NCBI GenBank assembly: GCA_035084275.1 | Contig: CM068742.1 | Span: 93,124,001-93,188,000, forward strand | Reading direction: 5' to 3' | Length of the DNA: 64,000 bases | Origin: Hydrolagus colliei | Taxonomy: Eukaryota | Part shown: positions 35,073-48,250 of the stretch, one piece after another | Layout of the letters: each line of letters opens with the position of its first letter | Numbering within the stretch: position 1 is the stretch's first letter | Translations under genes and position numbers: made by a program | Notes under the pieces: generated by a model | What the model saw: the letters and a program-made list of their open reading frames with translations, nothing else | Database searches by the model: none | What the model was told of the DNA's origin: nothing

Positions 35073-36220
35073 CTGGAAAGAAAAACAATACCTGAAATCA
35101 TGAAATTATTATTACAAATACAACAGTAACTTGTATTCCTATACAATAAAGCCTCAATAATCCAAAAGCCGGCAACTCCCTAAACTGGCAAGATTTAAAA
35201 ATACAACAGTGTTAGATTTTTTTTCGATGTCTGGCAAATTTGCCATTTTGTATTCAACAACTAGACTTAAAAAGCAGCATGGCTTAACTTTCTAATTAAA
35301 TCATTTACACTCCTTGTCTTAGTTTTGTTTGGGATGTCCCCCTGATGTGAAAGGTACTATATAAATATAAATTTGTACTGTGTATTTTATTGTGGTTTTC
35401 ATTGCTGGTCCTTACAATATCATGGCTGTGGTCTCGTATTGTCAATTTAGCTCTTGTGAGTTGTAGTTTCCTACCGTTGAAATTAGCAGAGCGATTTCCC
35501 CAGAGTTTGGGCTTTTATTAACCAGGCTTATCTGCTCTGGATATCATTTTATTTACAGACAGTACTTTAATTTGTATAAATCTATGTACTCTTACCATCC
35601 ATTAGGAATGATAAGGGTTTCCCATGTTACTGTTTAATTGTAATTGAAGATAAATCACACAATGTGGACACATAACAATATCCTCAACCAGAAAGTAATG
35701 GCTACTTGTAACTCAAGTTAGATTGCACATTTGGCAGTGAATCACTGTGGCTTTGACAGAGATTTATCATTAAATATTCAATATAAATGAGGTCTCGGGC
35801 AGTGTGAATTGTGCTGGTGAATGGTTCTGTTCTCGTTTCAAAGCTCTTGCGACTATCCCTTGCACAACCTGGTGACTTTCAACAAAGTTCATTTTACTAC
35901 TCTAAAGAGGCAAATATGTGACCAACTCTTAGTAATGTTAAAAAAACCAAAAAGACAATTTTTGGGATTGCTTTTTGTCTTTGCAATCTGATCAGAAATA
36001 ACATATAAGCAAGCTACATCAATCCAGATTCCTGTAACACACGAGATTACCCATCTTAATTTCCTCAGACAGTAATTCCCATTTGTAAAGATAATGCAGG
36101 TTCTTGTTGGGAGTGTACATTTAACTACGGTTGACTCAATTTTTCTTCAAGACCATGACCTTAGTGTGTATCTCTACTATCTCTACTATTTAAAACCAAG
36201 TACTGTACCCAAAATCGTAC

Positions 36221-36425
36221 CTGTTATACTACAAAGTAACCTGAGAGTTGGAGTATCTCCACCATAACCATTCATCAGTCCATCGGGAGAAGATTTGGGA
36301 ATAGGAATCGTCATAGTAATAGGTTTATGGAACTTCCTTCTTCTAGGCTCCAAGGTGACAATTGGGCTGAAGGTTGCCTTGTTGCCCAGAATCTTCTTGA
36401 CTAGTTCAATGTGCATAGGCTGGGC
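36221..36425 (-). CDS. ANK2: ANK2 ZU5-2 exon, 205 nt ([35 protein letters not shown]...LLCSIT)
   Basis: atcaag|GCC...ACAG|gtacga; phase 0 to 1. Confidence 0.97.
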
Positions 36426-36593
36426 CTTGATATTAAAAACACAGCAGTAATGAATATGCAATAGTGTCTGCAAATTACACTACATTATTAATATTCCCCA
36501 TTCACATTTATGAATTATAAATCAAATAGAATGTGTGTTTAATAAGTTATACCAAACCTTATACATTTTTAAACTTTGAGAAGCTGCACTTAC

Positions 36594-36805
36594 CTGAAGT
36601 CCAACTCGAATCCTTTTGGTTAAGGCTCCTTCAGGGAATACAGCCTGAACCTGTGGTACTACAGTACTGCTCAGTATACCTCCTTCAGGTCCAATCAGGT
36701 TGCTGTCCTGTCTGATCCTGGACACCACTGCAAAGTACTGTGGAAAGTCTCTGGTGATGATGCGGCAAATACGCTTTCTATCAAGTTCTTCTGGACTGTC
36801 AAGCA
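36594..36805 (-). CDS. ANK2: ANK2 ZU5 exon, 212 nt ([30 protein letters not shown]...RVGLQ)
   Basis: ctatag|TG...CAG|gtaagt; phase 1 to 0. Confidence 0.97.
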
Positions 36806-36899
36806 CTATAGCAGGAACAAAACAAGGCAACCCAAATGCTATTTCTGTTGAGGTGCAGGGCTTGGACTCAATTTTAGTACCTAATAGACAACTATTAGA

Positions 36900-37080
36900 C
36901 CATGTCTTCTACTCCCCTCCTAACTCTTTCCCCTCTCCTACTCACCTTCTCCTGCCCACTACTCTGCCGCCAAACCGCCCCCCCCCCCCCCACCGCTCAG
37001 ATCCCGACCTAACAGTTCAGAGCCTTGGGATGTCCTCCCGACATGAAAGGCGCTCTATAAATGTAATTTTATTGTTGTTG
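36900..37080 (+). mobile_element. L2 LINE 3' tail
   Basis: cccgacctaacagttcagagccttgggatgtcctcccgacatgaaaggcgctctataaatg...(ttg)n. Confidence 0.75.
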
Positions 37081-37466
37081 TCTAATTCAAAAGCATAAAT
37101 TTGCACTAATCATGGAGATAGGTATTTAGACTTGATACACAATATTTAATACTATTGAAAGACGTTTTCCTTGCAGCACAGATCCAACTTGTCAACCCAT
37201 GGATCAGTGAGTGGAGCAACACAGGAGTGACACTGAAAACCTTTACTCTTGAGAAAACACTTGTTTTAAAATCCAAGTCTGTTATAGCTTGGTAATATTC
37301 AGAGTGTTGTGTACTAGGCAACAGAATAGTCATATGATTTTTCAAAATACAAAATGGATCAAGTATGCTGGACCCATAACTGAGCAGCTATGAGTCAAGA
37401 TCATTCGATGTATCCTTTGTTGATTCATAGCTTCATTATTTGTGCCTATCTCCAAGCAGCAGTTAC

Positions 37467-37621
37467 CTTCGTCCATTCCATTCAATATTTCATTCAGTTC
37501 TTCCTCAGTGTATTCACACTGGTGCTCTTTCCAGATCTCTCCAGTCTCACTGCGTAGCACCACCAGCTCTCGTTCTTTCCCACGCACTGCAGCAAAATGT
37601 GGGATCTCCACAATCACTGGC
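37467..37621 (-). CDS. ANK2: ANK2 ZU5-1 exon, 155 nt ([25 protein letters not shown]...LNGMDE)
   Basis: tgacag|GCC...GAAG|gtaact; phase 2 to 1. Confidence 0.97.
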
Positions 37622-39769
37622 CTGTCACACCAGACATCAGAAAAGTGAGCAAGGGATTTGCAAAAAGAAATCTGGAATTTCTCAATTCTACTCTCTACCA
37701 TTTTTAATGCATAGTCTGTAACAAAGTGAGCTGGCGTTCATCGTTCAATATAATTAGATAGAAGTTATAGAACAGAAAATTTTGCCTTAGTGTCTAACTT
37801 TCATCTCAAATTATGTGGAATATGAAGGCTGTGATATCACTGAAGCAGCATTTTTAAACTCAAAACTAGTTAAAAGAAATTGTGCGTTTGGCTTTCTTTT
37901 TACATGTTTTATTTTCTTCCCGTTTGCAACTCAATTCTAGGAAACCTCATTCCACTAGGTCCGAGAGTGGGACCTATTCACCATTCATCCTGATTGCTGC
38001 TAATGGTACTTCTTTGTCAGGCAGTTTATATTGAGATTAGAAAAAGCTTAATTCATTTTAGTTGTTGCATCTGATTGAGTAAGAGTTTTAGGTGACTGCA
38101 ACCATCCAGCTATGACCATCCACCTAATGATCCCTAGAACTTAAACACTTGGGAGTCGAATGACAATCAGCAGAGTTAAATTGATTCACAACACATAAAA
38201 CACTTAATCATCTGATATTTTATGCCACAGAAATAAAATCAGAGTACTTATTAATTCAGTCAGTGTTTGCTTACATTATAAAAGTGTTAATATGCACTTT
38301 CTGTTGTCATTGCACTAGAATCAGAAGCAACCCTGAACCCTGGTAAACTGGCACTAATTTACAGTTTCCATAAATATAAGAATACACTCGACAACACGAA
38401 AACTAATGAATAAATACAATAGGATTTCCCAGTTATTTCTTGATTAAGATGAGGAACAGAAACAAAATATGGATTGAGAAGGGAATTTTGTCTATCAAGG
38501 TTCCTCGTTCCACAAACTGTACAAATCCTATCCTATTATGGACTTTAGACAATTCACTAAATATCCTGGGGAAAAGTTCTGCATGAATTCCCCATTTCCC
38601 TATGTTGATCAAGGTAAAATTCCAGAATTTCCATCAATAACCTTTGCCACAAATTCACTATTCAACCCTAAATCCTACTGCTCCCGAACAAGCCTATAAC
38701 TTCCAGTGCCATACTTTGGCAGGTAATTAATTTTCCAGGTTTTTTAAATTTAAAAAGAGTTACGCATTGTAATGTTAATTGGCTTTGCTGGCTGTCTGTT
38801 TAATACATCCACTAACCTGTGGGCAAAAAGGTCCTTCTAATCTCTAGTTTTACTTGAATCTTATTCAATGTAAAACTATATTGCATAGTTCTATATTCAC
38901 AGTGCAAATGATGCAGTCTGAGTTTGTTTTACATTAACTTTGTAAGGTTTTAAAGATCCAGATCTTGTAATGTAATGAAGAACTATATCCTCCTTAACTA
39001 ACATTTAAAATTTATTTTAATTAGAACCGCCCTTGTGATTTGTCCAAGTACTACAAGGTGTTTTTTTTTCCAAGTCACTATTTATATTGCAAAATACCTA
39101 GTGAAAATATTCTTCAGTAAAATCACTCTCCAGTTGATTTGGTACTGAAAGGTTCAGTTTGAAGCATGTGAGTCGAATCAGTCCTTCGCTATTCTGAGGT
39201 TCATAAAATCAATACCTTATCTGAACAAATGTTCCTCACGAAGGGAGAGTAACATGAGGTTGAACTGACTACAAGGAGGAATGATTGACAAAGCCAGGCA
39301 AATCTACATTAATCCAAGGCAAACTCAGAAGTGCAAATGTTTTCAACTCTGCAAGTTAAGGTGCTATGGTGATACATAAATTCCAAAATAAAATGTTACC
39401 CCTGTGTTTTCTGACTAGCATTTAGCACAATATCTCTTGGTGATGCTCTGCACAAATAATAACAATTCTGGATCACTAATTCAGTACTGAGGCTGAGCAG
39501 TCTGTTAATGTTCTTTCCAGTCTGTTTGTTGACTATAAAAACTACAAGGTTTGCAAGTTCAAATCAACAAAGAGTCCAGTGGACATGGGGTTTCACTGAA
39601 GGCTAAGTAGAAAGGCATCTGAACCTTGCAATTACTCACAAACCTATGGATAATTGGTGAAACAGCATCAGATGTGGAATGATATAAAAAGCAATGCCAC
39701 AAAAGTTGAACGTGAAACAAAGTAAAGTCAGAATCAAATGCAGAAAAAGCATGAATCTATGAGACAAAT

Positions 39770-40440
39770 AACAACAACAAAATGGCATTTATAGAGCACC
39801 TTTCACGTCAGGAGGACATCCCAAGGCACTGAACAGTTAGGTCGGGACCCAAGCGGGGGGGGGGGGCCTTGAAGGAGGAAAGAGAGGAAGCGAGGCGAAG
39901 GGATTGCGGGATGGAGTTCCAGAGTGTGGGGGCACAGAGTGGCTGAAAGCACGGCCACCGATCGTAGGGCGGTTGGAAGGGCAACATGGAGCAAGCCAGA
40001 GCCGGCTGAACGGAGGGGGCGGGCAGGCTGATAGGGAGACAGCAGGTTGGAGAGATAGGTGGGGCCAAGGCCGTGAATGGCCTTGAAAGTGAGGACATGT
40101 TTTAATTCTTGAATTCGATCCTCTGGGGTATGGGTAGCCAGTGGAAACGGGCGAGGGTGGGAGTTATGTGGTCGCGGAGCCTAGTGCAGGAGAGTACATG
40201 AGCTGCAGAATTCTGAATAATCTGCAGCTTGTGAAGGGAGGAGCTGGGAAGGCTGATAAGCAGAGAGTTCCCGTAGTTGAGCCTTGACATGATGAATGCA
40301 TGAACAAATGTTTCGGCAGCAGGAGGGTGAGGCAATGGCAGAGTCTGGCAATGTTGCGGAGGTGGTGGAAGGCAGTACAGGTCATGGTGCGGATATGGGG
40401 GAGGAAGGACAGTTCAGTGTCAAACAAGACGCCCAGATTC
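39770..40440 (-). mobile_element. L2 LINE 3' ~670 bp with frameshifted ORF2 C-terminus
   Basis: ORF pieces AFHHLRNIAR, ETFVHAFIMSRLNYGNSLL, QNSAA, HITPTLARFHWLPI.QRIEFK; (caa)n tail. Confidence 0.9.
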
Positions 40441-41439
40441 CTTGGATGAGAAAGGAATTAATTAGGTAAACATTTTTGTCCACCTAGTGCAATCAAGGTA
40501 GGTCCAAATTAATAAATGAATCGGGCAGCAAAATAGAGTAGCAAAATATATCAGAAGATAATGAACAGTAAAAGATATTAAAGAAAATATCAACAAAAGT
40601 AATGTAAATTAGATTGAAAAAGACAATATTGATTGTATTATTATTCGTGCATATATTTTGTTACTTTTCCTCCTTCACTCTTGATTCCTTCCCAAGTGTC
40701 TCATGTTAACTGCTAATGTATTGTGACTTCATGTTAAAATAAAATTAATGAAAAGACACCGAACAATTAAGATAAAAAAATTATATTACAGGACAGAAAT
40801 AGACAAAGGGAAAACAGAGACAATAGTTGCACATTGTATATGAATAGGCAAGATACTGGTTTGGACTTAACCTTTGGGGTTTAAAAAGTTAAGTCATATT
40901 AAGTCCCAGGACTTAACTGTTTTAAATCCTAACAGAATCATGGCCTATAAGCAGGAAACAAGACATAAACTGTATCACATTTGAATTATATCGTTCACAA
41001 CAGCACTTCAATCTCTTTCCAGTTCATTTTGTTACAGACTACAGTTTAATACACTGTTTAACATGGAGAGGGGAAAAAACAAAATAAAGCGGAAACGGCT
41101 TGCAACAAACACATGAGGAATTAACAAAAGGAGGGCAAGGGATAGAGAACTGGGGAGTAGGCTCCTTGCTGGATTTAAATACACACATTCCCAACTATGG
41201 CAACGATCACGACACAAAGCCACATAACATCACAATGACAAGATACATCTGGCAAATGTGCTCAAACGTGCCAACATTTAAATTATACATATACAATATT
41301 AAAAAAAACACAAGGGATAAAGTCAGGAAAAAAAGATCTTCTTAAACAAATTTTTAAAAAATATCGTGAAAGGTGCGGGGAATATAGCGAGGCTGCATCC
41401 AATAAATTCTTCTCTGAACATTTTGTTAATCTCTCCTAC

Positions 41440-41538
41440 CCAAGGAATTTGGTTCCTGAAGGCCCAAGCTGCAGGATTCGGCTAACCAAGCTTTCTCCCT
41501 CATTTAGAGGGGGAGGAGAGTTAGGAAGATGCAGCTTA
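41440..41538 (-). CDS. ANK2: ANK2 99-nt alternative ZU5 exon (KLHLPNSPPPLNEGESLVSRILQLGPSGTKFLG)
   Basis: actcag|TAAG...TGG|gtagga; phase 2/2. Confidence 0.93.
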
Positions 41539-42639
41539 CTGAGTACATCCAAGCAGCAATGGAAGAGAGAAGGTGAAGATATCAAACCACACTGGATTTT
41601 ATTACAGAAAACATTCATTTGTTTTTCCTCCTTTATTTTGCTATCGAAGTGTTTGAAGGTCTGGTCTTCCACTGGTAATATCAAAATGCAATCAGTACCT
41701 TCTCTGTTGTTTCCCTGGGATGATTTGCTTAATCAACTTTAATATTTGGAATTCAAATACCACTGAGGTCAAGCCTTTCATTGCTGACAATAATTGGCAA
41801 TGAATAATGTATTCAATTATTTGGTATTGTGTTTCAGGAGTGGACAAATTTATCTTTGAGAAATTGTTTTCATAAAAGTCAGCAAAACATGTTAACATAT
41901 GCTTTAATACTCTCCTGATTTCCCTCCTTGTTCTCCACACTCTTTTGAGCCACTTGGTGAAGCCCTGGCCTCACTGTAGCAGATGTGGGTAGCTCAGTGA
42001 TCACTATCGTGTCATTGAAGCTCAGCTCACAGAGATGTCTACTGTCGACATCTTCAACAATTAACAAGTCCTTCTTACCTGCATAATTGAAGCCACTGAG
42101 CAGAGAAAAAGCTGATGGGCAGAATGTGGGGGAAGGAATGGCAGGATGGTATGAAGCACAACACACTTCTGCCACCATGTGTAGTATATTTCTAAACAAA
42201 TACCAGGGCAGGTTATCTGGGCATTTTCATTTTTATACAGGTTTTCAGGCATTACTGTTGCTGAACCTTTCATTACCAGCTGCACTACAGAAGATTTATT
42301 TCTGCTTTGGATTTATTCCACCTTATACTATACCAACAAGATATTTCACAGGATTTGCCATAATTATTATTATTATTATAAAACTAATTGAATCGTTTAC
42401 TTTATCATGTTGCGAAATCTTCGCTAAGAACCCGCCTTCTCTCCCAGGTGAGTGAAGAGAAAGTAGAAGTATCCTTTTAATACACTTCATGTCCTGAGCA
42501 TATATTGTAAGAAGAATGCAGTATTTTATATTATTTATAAAGTACCACCATATCTAGTAGCAGAATGTTACAGTGCAGCCCTGTTTGTGACACAGTAGTT
42601 TGCGGTCTACAAAGTCTCAATCTACTTGATAACTAAGTA

Positions 42640-43616
42640 CTGGGACTCCTCAATTAACGTCAGGGATGTGTTCTTGAAAAGTGTGATTTTAAGTGAAACA
42701 ATATATAGCAAAACCTAAATTACCATAGGTCCTAATGCTATCAATAGGGATTACGTTCCTTCAGCACATTTCTGTATGGAATGGTTGTGATGAGTGGGAG
42801 GGGGCGGAGTCATTCAGATAAAGGAGCGTGATTACCTGTCTCTTGTACGGATCCCCAGAGGGACCTCCCTCACGCTGCATCCCCAAACAACTGATCGCTG
42901 GCATGGGTTTGCACCTTCGTACATTTTTTCTAAAGTTGTCGAAATGTACGAAGGCGCAAACGCGTGCCAGCGATCAGCTGTTTAGGGACGCCGGGTGACG
43001 GAGGCCCCTCTGGGGATATAATATAATAATCCTTGCATTTGATATAGTGCTTTTCACATCTTATCGACGTCCCAAAGCGCTTCACAGGCTATACTGTAAA
43101 GTTAATTGACTTTATATATTTGTGTGCGAATCGTGGCAGCCAATTGCGCACAGCAGTGTCCCACAAACAGTCGTGGATTGAAATGACCAATTTTATTATT
43201 GTGGTTTTTTTTGAGGGATTATTATTTGTCGTGTGGAGTAATGAAACTTGCCCATGGTTTCGCCCTGACCAGCCTGGATTCGAACACAGGCCTCCCCAGC
43301 TTTCAAGACAAGTGCTCTAACCACTGAACCACAGGAGCTCCACGGGATCCGTACAAGTGGCAAGTAATCCAACCCCTTCATCTGAATGACTCCGTCCCCT
43401 CCCACTGACCACATCAATCATCTCCAGTAAGCGTTTTCTTAATTGTATTTATTATCTTATTTATATATTTACTAAACAACTAATATAAAATGTAATCAGC
43501 TAATATTCCTTCAATTAATCCAATTTTCTAATTTTTTTTCTAACTATTTATGAATTCATCAACAATATATAATCAAAACAACGTATATTGGGATGACGTA
43601 TAGAGAGGAGTTTCAG
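42640..43616. mobile_element. Tigger-like non-autonomous DNA element with an internal palindrome and a nested SINE
   Basis: TIRs ctgggactcctcaattaacgtc / gacgtatagagaggagtttcag with TA flanks; 5' part resembles the 2978 MITE (tgaaaagtgtga.tttaag). Confidence 0.6.
43018..43343 (-). mobile_element. Full-length tRNA-derived SINE with GGGAT target-site duplication
   Basis: Head gtggagctcctgtggttcagtggttagagc, B-box gttcgaatcc; gggat at 43013-17 and 43344-48. Confidence 0.88.
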
Positions 43617-44344
43617 TACGGTCATCAGTCTGCATTCACTGGGCATATGCGTAGAAAGCTGTCTGTTCAAAGCCCTAACTTACTTCTCACGCTAAAAAAT
43701 GTCTGATTTCTGTCCTGATGACTGAAAGCCGGTCATTCTCTTGTGGATTTTTTGAGTGGTTTGAAACAAGTCAGCCACAGTAAATGTCCATAAATAAATG
43801 TCAAGATCAACCACATATTCACATTTTAAGCAATCACAGATAAATGTACTTAATTGTACAAGTATTGTACAATGCAAATGTTATAATGAAGCACAGGGTT
43901 CTGCTGTGGAAATGAGTGAACTCATTATGGAGATTAATATTAAACGATATCTCATTGAGGCTTCATTCCTTGCCAAATTGAAATTTACATTGGAGGCATA
44001 AACTGCCTATTACACAACATTTGCTGTACTTCCAATTTCATACATTTAAACCCAATGCTGCTGTGACTACATTGTACTGACAAACTGATTCTCACGGAAG
44101 GAACTTTTGTTTTGGAAAATGCTAAATTGCAGGCAAATGTCATCCATATTTCATCTGTTCTGAAACCGCACATTTTACACTCGCTGTTTCTTCCACTTTC
44201 TACAAAAATGTGTTGTCAAACTGAAAATGTATTATCGACCTTTGAAATCTAAGATCAGGTCATGATGAGTTTAGCATTACTGTTTGAATGACAGGCAAGA
44301 CAGCTGGGATTCGATTGCAATTATTTGCACATTTAAACACTTAC

Positions 44345-44569
44345 CCAAGGAACTGGGCACCGGATGGTCCTACTTCAATCAGTCTACTAGTGAGACCCTC
44401 TCCTTCCACCATGGGAGGCATTGTGGCCAGTCTATGACGTTTAACCAGGCGGCAGGTCACACGGGTTGGAGCCGTGCATTTCCGGGGTGGAATGATAATC
44501 CGAAGCCCATTGTGACGGCAGCCCCGCATGGATCCTCCACGAGCGTCCACCATAAAACTAACCAGGAAC
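44345..44569 (-). CDS. ANK2: ANK2 ZU5-1 exon, 225 nt ([23 protein letters not shown]...GPSGAQFLG), spectrin-binding
   Basis: ttgcag|GTTC...TGG|gtaagt; phase 2/2; DAR motif. Confidence 0.98.
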
Positions 44570-47500
44570 CTGCAAATGAATGGAGAGGGTTCATCCATTA
44601 GCACTTATTTCCAATCACTGATTAGTTGTCTCTCAGGGAGAGGAAGACAGTTGGCGGCTGTTCAGATGAGGGAGAATATGGAATAACAGAATGCTCATGC
44701 AATCTTCGACAGCACTGAATACTCCTAGGTCAAGTGTGGTACACAAATGAAGGATTGAGGCTGAGTTCCCACACTTCACCTAGATGATGCAACCTCAGCT
44801 AAAATCAATTTCAATCTCTGCTAGACTAGGTGACATTGGCACTCCTAGATTGAGTAAGATAGCTCATTTAAGCACAAGCTTCTGATCTATGTGATCAATT
44901 CGGGGTTTATTGTACTGTGGTATTAGGAACACAAAAGAGTCTCCTCTTTTCAAATCCAAGACACATCCGATCTTCTTTCCAACTGTTCAATTCAGTAGTA
45001 AAGACTTGTTTTTGATCCAAGGTTTTACTTCTGCCATTAAAACTATAACCTTTAAAGATTTAGCACAACCAAGGTCACTGAAGAGTAAACTCTGATAGGA
45101 AACGTCTTTCACTTCATTTATAATCCAAACACTGGATTAAATCTTCAAACATCAGAAGCAGTTATTCAGCCGACCGCTGTGACCAACATTGTCACCTAGT
45201 CCTCTGCAAAAAGTTAGCAAAAAGTATAAATGGATAACATGCAGGAAATAGTTTCCTTATGTAAAATGTTCTTTACTTTTGCTCCATGGACAAAGTCCAC
45301 AAAGTTGGATTGTTTTTCAAGTTAATGTGGATGCAATGGTCTTCAACATTCTTCATTTAGATAAGTTTCCAAACATTGCATGATTATTGCTTATCAGCAA
45401 TTCAGTTTCATAGAGAAATTGGGCCTGGCACAAAGTCTCTCTAAGAAAGCATTCATTTTTGTAAATGTTAGGGAGCTTCTGAAAGTATCATCTTCACATC
45501 ATGCAGGTACAGCAGCTAGTTTAGAAGAAACTCTGAGAACACCATGCCATCCTACATAGAACAAGGTCCAACACCACTGGAAATGGCCCTTTGCTTTACA
45601 TGAGCATCAGATTAATTAGAACGTATTGCCATTGTTATTCCTTGATTTAATTTTCCTCCAAGAACTGAGCCATTATGTAAACCAGCTTGGAAACTAAAAT
45701 GCTTACAGTTTTCTCTCTGACGTCCAGACTTGAGGTCTCCTATTGTAGCTTTGGTTCTCGATATCCCAGCAAAGTGATAATTACTATTTCAAATTATTTC
45801 AGTAACCTCCCAACAATTTCCCAACCTGCACCTCACATTCCTCTAAATTAGTTGCATAAACTCTTAGAACTAACAGTTCAGTTTTAGTAACAGTTAAAAA
45901 AAGTAAGAACATTAAGGTTAAAAATTCCTTTCAGTGTTACTTCAATCGACATTCAACATGTAGGCTTTTGATAGGACTTGTCAAAAGACTGAGCAGAATT
46001 TTTACCAAATTATTAGGGAGAAATTCCACCTGGATTGGATTTACTTTATGAACAGCCTTAACTTTCAAGATGGTTTTCTACAGTTATGAAAAGAACTGAC
46101 AGAAAAATTGGCTTCAATATTATCTATATTTAAGAATTCATAATATTTTGGCTGTTCTAAAATGTCACATTCATAAAGAAAATCTAGACACAGATGGAAT
46201 TTCTCTCCCTATATCTACACCAATTGGATTACGGATCAACATAAATTGTGAAGGAAATTTCACTTAAGCCATTACTCTCCCTACTCCTCCAATTATTTGC
46301 ATGTATCTTTACTTCAAAGATTATTTTATCACAAACATACAGCATACATTCAATCATGACTGATTTCAGTCATGCTTTGGAAAACCAAGATTTTATACTC
46401 CAAACACAGGTCAAATTACTGTCTGTGTAAAACATTTCCAAGATATAAGATATACAGTTATTTCTTTGTTAATTGGTGCACACTGCACACCTATGGGAAA
46501 AATAACATTGCAAATTTTAAGTGTTAATACAAAGTTATGAAGAGGATACAGAATGGGAGTAGCGGAATACCCAGTTTATTTCTTTATCAAGGAGGAAGTG
46601 AGTTATACAGTTTACCATCGCAGAGGAATAAACCAGATATTTTGCTAATCCTTACTGATTTTCTTGATAAAACAGGTGAGGAGATGGTTCATGTTGCATC
46701 AATTTTTATTTGATTTATTTCTCTTCCATTTTAAATGGTGATTGTTACCAGTGACAAACCTGTCATGTGAACAAATTGTAGCCTCAGCTGTTAGACACAG
46801 TGGGCTGCAATTTTGAAAAGCCACTTAACCATGGTTTAACTTAACCAAGAAACATTAAAGTCACCAGCTTTTTCAGCTTCAAATATTATTCCCCTCATGA
46901 GTCAGTCATAATCATGACAAAATGTGAGTCATCGAGCGAAGTTGAATACCCAATGGCTCTCAAAACAGAATATATATATATTTAACTTCTGAGGCCAAAA
47001 TGAGGAAGAAAGATTGCTGTTCAATTTATGACCAGCCATAAATATGATCCTCTCGATAGTTGGGAAAAGCAGATTTATGGGAGAAATCTGAGAGAGAATA
47101 TTTATGTCTCACTAAAGTAGGATAACAACAGTGTTTTTCCCGCAGTTCACTTATCTCAGCACCAGTTGTATAAAGAGAGAAATTAGAATCAGAGAGATGG
47201 CTTCAAAATGGGTCAGTGCTCTGCGTTATTGATGTCCATAAATCCACCAATCTAATCCTTGCTATCGGAAAGCATAAGCATTTTAAGTACACAAAAGGTA
47301 CAAGTGAAACAGGTTCGTTGATTCAGAAATGTTATATTGCAATAACTCAAGCAAAATGTAAGAAAATTGTGAACCACATTGATATGATTATTATTACTAT
47401 AATTATTATTATTATGCTGCTAACCAGTCATCATAGATCTCTATGTGGTAATGTGATTTTTCCTCTTTGTATTCTACTCTGCTTTTCTTTAAAAAACACA

Positions 47501-47717
47501 TTTGTCCATTCAAAGTAACTGATGGAATAATTATAAAGCCATCTCCATTCTGGATGACTTGACTTGAGTTACATGGCTGTACAGACACCTGTTTGGAGGG
47601 TGGGAGACCCATCAATGTATGTCAAAGCACTGAAGAATTTTGAGGCTGGGTTACGTAGAGCTGAGAAAACAAAGAAAGCCAAATGGAAGCACATGAAGGC
47701 ACAGTGCAAATCTTCAC

Positions 47718-47750
47718 CTCGATTCATTTTCAGGGACTAGCGAGGAGCGG
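47718..47750 (-). CDS. ANK2: ANK2 33-nt alternative exon (RSSLVPENES)
   Basis: tgcatcttctgtttcag|CCGCTCC...TCGAG|gtgaag; phase 2/2, open frame, same position as small ANK2/ANK3 cassette exons before ZU5. Confidence 0.8.
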
Positions 47751-47989
47751 CTGAAACAGAAGATGCATATGAGCACGAGAAAAGCATGGTGCCAGGATGA
47801 CAGCAGAGTTAATTCACAGAAAAGCCACATGGCAGTGATATTGGTGCTAGGCAACAACAGTCAAACCGCAGCATGTAAAGGGTTCTTAGAAATCATTCAT
47901 TATCCTAATGCCCAAGGGTAAAATATAGCTTTGCCCTCATAATGTCAATCATAAGTTTGCATTCTGCTCTACTACCATGTTCAACTTTC

Positions 47990-48250
47990 TCTTTCAATTC
48001 CAGGCAGGTCAGGGCAAAACCTTGGGCAATTTTCCTTACTCCACAAACATAATAATCCTTCAAAAAAAAACAGAATAATAATTTTGGTCATTTCAATCCT
48101 GTTTGTGGGATACTGCTGTGCGCAAATGGCTACCACATTTCGCCCACAAATATACAGTAAATTCATTCACTTTACAGTATATTTTGTGAAGCACTTTGAG
48201 ACGTCTGGTGAAAAGCACTATGTTAAATGCAAGGATTATTATTATTATTA
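47990..48250 (+). mobile_element. tRNA-derived SINE, 5'-truncated
   Basis: ttcaattccaggcagg...tttgtgggatactgctgtgcgcaaatggct...(att)n. Confidence 0.8.

Noticed and set aside
45707-45739. Possible in-frame 33-nt exon (caatag|...ACT|gtaagc)
   Set aside because: The acceptor lacks a pyrimidine tract and has competing AGs upstream.
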